The notes beneath the pieces are model-generated. The model worked only from the letters and a program-made list of their open reading frames with translations, did not search any database and had not been told where the DNA came from. From assembly GCA_013416795.1 (NCBI GenBank), contig RQSC01000958.1, positions 131,401-161,096 on the forward strand: a stretch of 29,696 bases of DNA. The letters are read 5' to 3'. Position numbers and translations under genes: made by a program. This DNA is from Prasinococcaceae sp. CCMP 1430 (lineage: Eukaryota; Plantae; Prasinodermophyta). Of the stretch, positions 18,271 through 27,500 are shown in pieces (position 1 is the stretch's first letter; each line of letters begins with the position of its first letter).

Positions 18271-19252
18271 ATGGTGCTCGCGTCCGCGTGGAATGCGTTG
18301 CCCGACCTGGGCATCGCCGCGGGGTGTGCCGACACGGTCAAGACACTGCGGGAGATGAACAAGCGGCAGATGCTCAGCCAGGTCTGACGCGCGGCGAGGG
18401 CGGGCGCACTCACGCGCGCTCTTGGGGGCGCGTGCGCCGCGCGATGGCACGCGCTGAGCCGTGCGCCAGCGCGTGTCTGCGCAACACCGCGCTGACGCCT
18501 ACGCGCACCCGCCTCTGCGCGCTCCTGCAACAATACTCTCCCTGGCAGGCGCTCGCGCTTGGCCTGATTTGCTCGAGTGCACTGATGATCTGGAAGGTGC
18601 TCATGCTCTGGACGGGGTCGGAGTCTCCGGTCGTCGTTGTGCTCAGCGGGAGCATGGAGCCCGGCTTCCAGCGCGGCGACATCCTCTTCTTGCGCTTGGA
18701 CGAGGAACCCTTTCACACGGGCGAGGTCGTAGGTATGTCCTCCAAGCGGGGCAGTGGACAAGCCAAGGCGCACGCACACGAACGCGAACGTGTGTGTGTG
18801 CAAGCCGTGACCGCTGATCTATGCAGTGGACACCGGCGTGTTCAAGTCATCGCTGACCCTTGCGCGTGCGCGCTCGCTCGCTCGCGCGCGCTCGCACGCT
18901 CGCGCGCACACTCGTGTGCATGCTCGCCGTGTCCTCTCTGGCGCTTCCGCGCCATGCAGTGTTCAACATCCACGGTCGCGACATCCCCATCGTGCACCGC
19001 GTAGTGCGCGTGCACGAGGACGAGGGCACGGGCACAGAGCGCATCCTCACCAAGGGCGACAACAACTATGGCGACGACCGCGTGCTCTACGCGCACGGCC
19101 AGGAGTGGCTCGGGCGCGAGCACATTATGGGGCGATCCACGGGCTACCTGCCGCACGTGGGCATGGTCACCATCATCATGAACGACTACCCGCTCGTCAA
19201 GTTCCTGCTCATAGGCGTGCTCGGGCTGCTCGTCGTCACGGGGAAGGAATGA
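18271..19252 (+). CDS. SEC11: Signal peptidase complex catalytic subunit SEC11 (S26B), about 195 aa; join(18271..18381,18549..18732,18960..19252)
   Basis: [63 protein letters not shown]. Two introns restore the frame. Confidence 0.95.
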
Positions 19253-19418
19253 GCGCGCGCGCGCGCGCGCTCGTGTGGATGCGGAGGAGTAATAAGCGGG
19301 ACCTGGCGATTTTGACGCCGTTGGCGCGGGGGTCGGCGCGGGCGCGCACGCGGGCAGACGCGCGTGTGTGCGCGTGCACGTCCCGCACATGTGCTGAGAG
19401 CCAGCAGGTGGCAGTGTG

Positions 19419-19423
19419 TTACA
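19419..19423 (-). terminator. TGTAA-type poly(A) signal for Tic20
   Basis: TTACA on + about 27 nt past the stop at 19450. Confidence 0.45.
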
Positions 19424-19449
19424 CACGTCACGGTGCTCGCAGCGTCCTC

Positions 19450-20605
19450 TCACGGCCGCACCTGGATGTACACTGCGCGCGCGAGCGTACGGGGAGGACA
19501 GCAGAAAGCCGCACGCGCGCGCGCGCACGCGCGCACAAACGTATGAGCACACACACACACGCGCGCGCGCACGCATCGGTCAGATGAAGCACAGCCCGCC
19601 GTATCTTGCCGCGGGCCACGCGCCTGCGCGATGCACACGCGCGCGGGCACGTGCGCGCGCACGCGCGCGGGCGCATGCGTCACACTCCGCGGCGTGCGCG
19701 AGCCCCTCACCTGCCTCGCTGACCACCGGGATGTCCGCGTACGTCCCCACGAGCGTATGGTACGCGCAGTACGCCACAGCGCCGATGGACGTGACGAAGG
19801 TCATCGTGCACATGAAGCCGCCCACCATGCTCACCTGCAGCTCCATGGGCAGGTAGGAGATCACCTAGAGGAGGGCACGGGCGAGCGTCAGAAGGCAAGC
19901 TCACTCACACGTGTGTGCACGCGCGCGCTCACGCGCTCACGCGCTCACACACAGTCGCACAGTCGCACGGGCACGCGCAGGTGCAGGCGCAGGTGCAGGC
20001 GTACGCGCGCGCACGTTTGAACGCGCGCACACGCGCGACCACACACAGACGCGATTGCATCAGTGCGCACGTGCGGCCTTTTGCAGCCCGCTCACCCACA
20101 CTCCCCTCTTCTTCCCGCGCACGCGCGCCCCTTACCAGCCCGGCGAGCATGAGGCAGATATCGAGCAGGATGGACTGCATGGCGTTGAAGCGCACGAAGT
20201 GCGGCAGCTTGTTGTTGCGCACGACCACCAGGAAGAGCGCGAAGAAGACCAGGAAGGGGATCACGCTGTTGGCGTGGTACGCGTTGAGCACGGGTCCGAA
20301 CACCGTCAGCAGGAGGTTGCTCACCTCGTACTGGTCGTAGATCTCGCGACCGAAGACCAGGCCCTCGATGAGCGGCAGCACGTAGGGCAGGATGGCCGCA
20401 CAGCGCCACGCGGCGTTGGGCGGGCCGTCTGCGGGCACGTAGTCGGGGCTCACCTCGGCGGCGCGCGCGGCCACGCGGCGCGCACGCGACCGCACGCCGC
20501 GCCGCGCCGCGCCGCGCCGAGCGCCCTGTGGCGCAACGCTCGCCCCTACCCCCACCCCACCAACTCACCCACACACTCACGCACGAGCTCGCGCGCGCGC
20601 ACACG

Positions 20606-20636
<31 letters not shown>

Positions 20637-20653
20637 ACACGCACACACGCACG

Positions 20654-20685
<32 letters not shown>

Positions 20686-20830
20686 CAGAGGCCTGCGCAC
20701 AGCGCAGGGCAGCCGCCGGCGGGGCTTTGGGCGCGCGCGGGCACCGCGCGGCGAAATCCCCTTCCGTAAAATGTCCGAACGGCTCTCCTGAAGCTCTTTT
20801 GCACCCCGATTGCCGGCCGAACCGCGGCAT
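19450..20830 (-). CDS. TIC20: Tic20/Ycf60-family plastid inner-envelope import protein, about 236 aa; complement join(19450..19472,19711..19864,20136..20525,20687..20830)
   Basis: [60 protein letters not shown], and an Arg/Ala-rich transit peptide-like N-terminus. The first exon and ATG are less certain. Confidence 0.88.
20600..20687. repeat. (CA)n microsatellite forming most of Tic20 intron 1
   Basis: Seen directly. Confidence 0.85.
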
Positions 20831-21353
20831 TCCGCGCCACGAAATGTTAAAAATGAGAAAAAAATCCGCGCCCGAGCGAGGATAAGAAGGCAGCAGCAGG
20901 GGATCCAAACGAGCGGACGCAAACCCTCAATGGGTAAGAACCTAAATATGCAATTTGTGCTGTGAGTTTCACACCAAACCTAAACCCGGACCCACTCCAA
21001 CCCCGCGCGTATGCTCCACGGCGGCGAGCAACGTCGGGGCGCGCGGGTGCGCGAGCACACACGTGTGCGCGTGCACGCGCGCGTGTGTGCACACGGATAG
21101 CCGAATAGTTAACAGTACATGTACAACTGCCGTACGAACATTGGAAAAGAAGTGCGGAGGGACGAGCGTATGTGCGCGCGGGCGTGTGCTTTCGAGCTCG
21201 TGCACGAGCACGAGCACGAGTGCGAGCAAGACAGTGTGTGTGTGTGCGTTTGTGTGCGCGCGCGCGGGCGTTCGTGTGCGCGTGCGGCGTGCGCTCGCGT
21301 GCACGTGCGCGTGCGAAAAGTGCCAGGGCTCCAAATGCGCACGCACGCGCGCA

Positions 21354-23200
21354 TCACCGGCCGTCCGGTGCGCCACGCACGAGCCACACGTCGTCCGCCA
21401 CGTGTGGTTCCCCCATGCTGAGCGGCTCATCCACGCGGTAGAAGCGCCAGCGCGCGTGCGTGGCGTTCGCGCACGCCAGCCGCCCCAGACCGAAGTGCGT
21501 GAGCCGTGCCGCGCTCCACGGCTGCTCGATGACCGTCACCTCCGAGGTGAGCGTGTGACCACCCGCGCCGACCACCAGGTGGACCGTGCCACCGCCCAGC
21601 CTTACCACGCCCGCAGAGTCTTCCGCGGCCGACGCCGCGCCTCTCATCGCGGCGCTGCCGCCCACGCCCGCGACGTAGCTCACGTCGACCAACCCAGTGC
21701 TCGTGCCCAATACTGCAGAGTTTTCTGCAGCCGACCCCACGCCGCCGCTCGAAGAAGACGCATTCACACACGCAAAGTTGGCGAGCGGACACGAGCGCTC
21801 GTACGCGTGCACGTGGCCGTAGAGCATGACGTCGACGCTGTGTTTGCGCAGTAGCGGCTCGAGCGCCTTTCGCAGATGCGCCGCCATTGACTGCGTGCCC
21901 AACCCCGGCAAGTGATCATACGACGAGTACGCCGGCCGGTGGCCCGCGCCAACAATCCACGGCGTCGCTGAGCGGTTTACGGCAGCGAGGTCCGCCTCGA
22001 GCCACGCGAGCTGCTCCGAGCCCGCCGTCCAGTCGTGCTCCGTCGACAGCACGAAGGTGTGCACGCCACCGTGCTCGAACGAGTACCAGTACGGCGGCCT
22101 GGACGCGGCGGCCGCGGCGACGCCAGCGGCGACGCCCGAGGTGATGCCCTGCGCCCGCTCGGCCCGCTCCGCCAGCGCCGCCCTGCGCGGCGCGGAGACC
22201 CCAACCCCGCCCTGCCCCACCCCGCTCGCGCCCAGTCGCCCGCCGCGCCCGCCGCGCTGCCGGGCATGTGCGCGAAGCGCGCCGCCGCGGGCACGCAGCA
22301 CTCACCGCCCGAGTCGACGCCGTAGTCGGACCACGGCGGCCTGAAGGCTCCCGCCGTGCCGTTGGGCCAGTTGCACTCGTGGTTGCCGACGCCGACCATG
22401 TACGGCACGCGGCTGGAGATTGGCTCGATGAGGTCCATCCAGCGCTCCCACACGCCGGCGTAGCCACGCGCGTACGACAGGTCCCCCACGTGGAGCGCGT
22501 ACGCAGGCACCGCGTCGCCGTTCGCCCCGCCGCCGCCCAGAACAGCCTCGACCCCCTTCGCGACCAAGCCAGCGCCTGGGGCGTGCGCTTCGGCGTCGTC
22601 GGGCTCGCCCATGTCCATGAAGGCGAGGAAGTCCACCGGGAACGCGCCGGGCGCGGGTGGTGCCACCAGCGAGCCGGACGCCGACGCGCACCCCGAGGCG
22701 GCCACCCCGTCGGACGTCGAGTCGATGCAACGCACAGTGTAGCCGTAGGCAGTCCCGTCGGCGAGGCCTCCCAGGCGCGCCGAGTAGAACGCCCCCGGCG
22801 GCGCAAAGTGCGTGGGGTCGTTCGCCGGGCCGCCACACAGGTCGGAAATGCCATACGTGATCGGAGCGGACGCGCGTGACACCGACGGCTGCGCGGCGGA
22901 CATGGGGGCGGAAGGGGGCGGATGTTGAGAAGAAATGCAGTGTGTCAGCTTGTGCGTGTTCGTACGCACGCATGCGTGAGCGCGCGTGTGTGCGTGCGTG
23001 CACGCATTGTTCCGTACCGCTGCCTGCCCACTCACGGGCGCGTATGCCACCTCGAAGTCGCACTCCGCCGAGTCGGCCGTCCACGCGACTACGGCAGCGC
23101 CGGCGCCTCCCGCGCTCGCCAGCCGCAGGTGGCGCGGAGCGCACGCGCCCGCAGCCCAGCCGCTGCTGCCGTCACCGCCGGCGACCGGTGCCGCCGCCAT
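21354..23200 (-). CDS. Purple acid phosphatase (FN3-like N-domain plus metallophosphoesterase, PAP2/PAP9/NPP-like); intron about 22889..23035; frame change near 22100-22220 unresolved
   Basis: All five metal-ligand blocks are present: DMG, GDLSY, GNHE, GHRPAY, GHVHAYER, plus DSGGECCVP...RF.MP and YWYSF...FVLSTEHD. The motifs are split across two reading frames. Confidence 0.85.
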
Positions 23201-23212
23201 GGCCGGGCGCGC

Positions 23213-23213
23213 N
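23213..23213. other. Single ambiguous base (N), a possible scaffold join, between the PAP and PIS start codons
   Basis: Seen directly (gcgcNgggcgcg). Confidence 0.95.
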
Positions 23214-23379
23214 GGGCGCGCCAGACGGCGCGCGCAGTGGGCGCTGCTGCTCGCGCGGGGGGAGGGGAGGCCCTCCCGCTCGCCGGGACGCGGGCCTCGG
23301 GCGACGCCCGCGAGGTTGCGGCGGCCGCGCGGGAGGCGCGCGGCTGCAGCGCCTCTCCACGCCCGCCTCAGCCCGCGCG

Positions 23380-24302
23380 ATGTCGTCCACGCTGCACCGC
23401 TGGGCGGCGCTCGCGGGCGACAACGTGTACCTATTTGCGCCAAACCTGATCGGCTACACGCGGCTCATTGCGCTTTGCGTGGCGTTCGCCTACGCGGATC
23501 GCTCGCCGACGTCGTTCCTCGTGCTCTACGTGTTCAGGTGCGTCCCGGGCAGCGCGATACCGAGATCGACTGCGTCCGCACCGGCCACTAGCGCCGGCGC
23601 ACAGGGGTCCACCCATGCACTCCTGTGCGGTTCGATGCGCATGCCGCGCCTCGCTAACCATAGCGCCCCCCATGTGTGTGCGCCTCCGCGTCCCCAAGCT
23701 TTGCGTGCGACGAGCTGGACGGACGCGCGGCGCGTACCTTCGGCCAGTGCTCAACCTTCGGCGCAGTGCTTGATATGGTCACAGACCGCGTGGCGACAGC
23801 CGCATTGCTCGCGTCGCTCTCGGGGGCTGCTGAGTACGCGCCGCTGCGCCTGCAGTTCCTCGCGCTCATGGTGCTCGACGTGGGCTCGCATTGGTTTCAA
23901 ATGTACGCGCAGCTGCTGGTGGGCGCCGACTCGCACAAGAGCCTGGGTGTGCACAAGCCTTGGCTGCTCCGACAGTACTATTCCAACCGCATTTTCATGG
24001 GCTTTTGCTGCATATCCGCGGAGATAGCTCTTGTCGCGCTCTACGTGCGGCGCGGCGTGGTTGAGGGCGGCGCGCTTGCGAGGGTGTGCCGCGCAGTGGG
24101 CGCGCTGTGCGCGCCAGGAATGGTGCTCAAGGTGGTGCTCAACTGGATGCAGCTGCTAAGCGCGATGGGCGATATTGTGGAGCTTGACAAGCGCAAGCGT
24201 CAGGAGGCACGCGCCGCATCTGGGGCGGAGGGACGCGCGGGCCTGGGTGAAGGCGGGGGAGCCGCTGATGCACCCTCCGCTGAAGACAAAAAGGCGGCGT
24301 GA
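23380..24302 (+). CDS. PIS1: Phosphatidylinositol synthase (CDP-alcohol phosphatidyltransferase), about 253 aa; join(23380..23537,23699..24302)
   Basis: VYLFAPNLIGYTR, DELDG..AR.FGQCSTFGAVLDMVTDR, LDVGSHWFQMY, SHK, LLRQYY.NR.FM. Intron 23538..23698 (phase 2) gives VF-S-FACD. Confidence 0.95.
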
Positions 24303-24576
24303 GCGTGGCGAGCGAGCTCTCCCACTAATATACTTTTTTCGACAACGAGTCGGCGTTGACGCGCATGCGGCGCGCGCGACAAGTCTCGCACCGCGGCGCA
24401 TGAGCACACTCGGTGCTAAAGTGCGTCCTGTGGGCGTGGCCTCAGTGGGAAAAACTTTTTCTGTTGGTACACTAATTAGTCATCATCCGGCTGCATCTCC
24501 GTGCCTTTGTGTGTGTGTGTCTTTGTGTGTTTGTGTGTGGCGAGCGTCCACATCTGGCCGGGCCACATCAAGAAGC

Positions 24577-27500
24577 TCATGCGGCGCTCACCGCCGGTCG
24601 GCGCACAGTGCCGCTGGGCGAGCGCTTGGAGCGGCCAGCGCGCGCGCCGCCGACCTGCCGCGCGCGGCTGCGAGAGCCCGTGGCCTGCTTGGCCTGCTTG
24701 CGCGGTCGCACGACGACGAAGCCATCAGTCTCTTCGGCCTCCGGCTCCGATGGCAGCGATGCCCCGGCATCTACGCTCGCGCAGTCGGAGCTAGCGGGCT
24801 CGCTACTTCCTGTGCTGCCGCCCAGCGGCGTGGGCGTTGCTGTCGGCTCGAGGGCGTGCACTGACGCAGGCACGGTTGCGAGAGACAGGGGTCGCGCCCA
24901 GCTGCCACGGGGAGCGGCGGCCTTGCTAGCCGCCGCAGGCGCTGCCGCAGGGGCAGACTCCAGAGTCGTCGGCTTCTTCTCCTGCGCGGGCGCAGGCGCG
25001 GGTGCAGCCTTGGGCGACGACAACGCGCCTTCCGACCCCGATGTCTTGGCATCAGGCGCTGGCTTCGACGCTGCCGCTGTTGGGCTGTCCTGCGGCTGCT
25101 CGCGCTTGGCAGCTGGGGCTCCCGCTGCTACGCTTGCGGCCACGCGCGCGGCCACGCTCGCCGCCTTGGCCACCGGGCGAGTGATTGGCACGAAAACCAC
25201 AGCGTTTGGGTTCATGGCCTCGGACGATGCCTTCTTCGGCGACATGGCACTCTGCGCCTTGGCGCTGCCGGTGGCATCAGAGGGCTTTGTTGCACGGCGG
25301 GAACCCAGCTTCGCGGCGGCGGCCAGCGCTGCACCTGTAGCCTGCGCGACGCCCGCACGAGGGCGCACGAATGGCGCAGCAGCGGCGCTCAGGCTCTTGG
25401 ACGCGCTCGTTTTGTCAGAGCTGTCGCTGCCATTGCTGCTGTCGACCTCGCTGCTCTTGTCGGAGCTGCTGGTCTCGGCGCTCGTCTTGGCCACTGTGGT
25501 TGTGGCTGCGGCGGCGGCGTCGATCGAAGTTCCATCCGCCTGCGCATGCGACTCCTTCGACTCGCTCGCACCCAGCATCGTCGCGTACGTGCCACCCGCC
25601 TTGGCGGGCGAGGGCGGCGCCTGAACGCTCGCGCCGGCTGCACGGCCCTGGCGCGGCGAGGTCGGGTGAGACTGTGCGCCGTCCGACTGGCCCGAGCTCG
25701 AGCTGTTGTCAGGCGAGCTCTTCCACGCGCGCTCGAGCACCGTGTTCGGAGCACCGCCATCGCTGCCGTTGCCACTCGATTCGGTCGTCGTCTTCGCCGT
25801 CTCGGCCGCTGGCCGTCCAGCCGCCTGCGCCCAGGGCGCCATCGGGCTTTTCGACGGTGCGGCTGGCTTCATCGCCGGCTGCGCCGGTGCGTGCGCCTGC
25901 GCACGCGCGGGAGCGGGGCCGGGCGCCGCCTTCGTTGCGCCGCGCTCTCCTTTCGCGACCCGTTCGCCCCTCGCACTGCTTCCGCCCTTGCTGGTGTTTC
26001 CCGACTTCTTTCGGGTGCCGTTGGTGTCAACCTCACCGCGCGCGGTGCTCTGGGACGCGCGCGCGCTGCGCCGCTCCTGGCGCTCGGCGCGCCGGCGCTC
26101 GTCGCGCGCCTGCTGCCTGCGCTTTGAGGGCGCCACCACGTCTTCCCAGTCGTCACCAGCGAGCGAGGACTCAGGGGGCGTCAGTGCCCCCAGATCGTCG
26201 CTCGCGAGGCTCGAGATTCCGGCTGCAGCGGTCGGCTCCGCCGCCGTCGCGGTTCCGTCTGAGCTGTCGGCGGTGGCTGCAGCCTCGAGCGTGTCAGCGC
26301 CGGACGTTACGGGCTCCGCGCCCTCAGGGATTTCGTGATCCATATCACCCTTGTCCTGCGCGGCATCACACCCATCGTCCTCGACCGCGCCAGCATCCGC
26401 GCGTGCCTCGCCCTCGGATCCACTCGATGCCGCCTCGGTCGTCGCTCCTGCTGCATTGCTCTCCGCCTCGAGCGCCTCCTCAACTGCGAGACGTGCATCA
26501 GCTGCTGTGGTTTCCTCCTCCTCGATGAAGCGCACGAGGTCATTGAGCGCGAGATGGCCGCGCGACGCAATCGAGCGGTCGGGTCCAGCGCGGCCCGCCT
26601 GCCGCGCCTCGTTGCGCTCCACCTGCTTCGAGTCGAAGTATTCAAGCCAAGCCTGTGCGTCGAGCGTTCGCGGGTCGTCCGCGCCGAGGCTCGCCTCCAG
26701 AATGTTCAGGGTTGTCTGCTCGTGGCTCACACTCAGGCCGTACGCCTCGCTGAGCGAGAGCGCAATGGCAAGGGCGTGGTAGGCGGCGGCGGTCTGCACG
26801 TGCAGGCGACCGAGTAGCCGGCGGTTGCACGCAAGCGCCTCGTGGAGATAGCGCAACGCCAGCTGAGTCTGGCCGCAGCCTTCCTCCATCATGGCAATGT
26901 TGATGAAGGTCGCTGCGGTGTTGGGGTGCTCGGCCCCGCAGGCCATCCCCAGCAGCTGCAGCGAGCGGCGGACGTACACCAGTGCGAGCTCCGTGCGCTG
27001 CAGACGATAGTAGAATACGGCGAGGTCCCCGTAGGCCTTGATTGTGTCAGGGTGGTCCAGGCCCAGCTCGCGCTCACATGTGTCGAGCGCCGTCTGTTGA
27101 TAGGCGGCAGCCTGCGAGAAGTCGCCTGTGTGGTAGAGGGCCACGGCCAACAGCGAGCGTGCACCGGCGGACGCGCGGTGGCGGGCGCCGCATACGCCAG
27201 CAGCACGCACAAGCGCGCGCGCGGCCAGCGCTGCTGCATGCTCGAGACGGCCCTTGTCGAGCGCCGCCTTGCTCGCCTCGAGCAGCGCGCGCCCATCCGC
27301 CGACGTAGGCGCCACCTGCTTGAGCACGGGCACAGCCGAAAGCACATCGTGCGCGCGCACGACGACGCCGTCCTCACAACCGAAGTCGTACGCACGTGTG
27401 ACGACCTCGAGGCCCACCTTTGTGCACAGCGCACGCATGAGCGCCAGCCGCCGCAGCGTCGAGCGCTGCCCGCGTGCGCGCGCCCGCGTGGCTGCCGCTG

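Noticed and set aside
20915-21005. Interstitial telomere (AAACCCT, AACCTAAA, AAACCTAAACCC)
   Set aside because: Only scattered degenerate words, not a tandem array; compatible with telo-box-like promoter DNA upstream of Tic20.
11469-21350. CRISPR-like or transposon repeats suggested by recurring GCGCGC/CACACA units
   Set aside because: These are simple low-complexity tracts with no constant repeat-spacer period, terminal repeats or transposase/RT ORF.
22300-22305. Strong GTGAGT donor in the PAP gene
   Set aside because: It lies within conserved DSGGECCVP and gives the wrong phase with the nearby acceptors.
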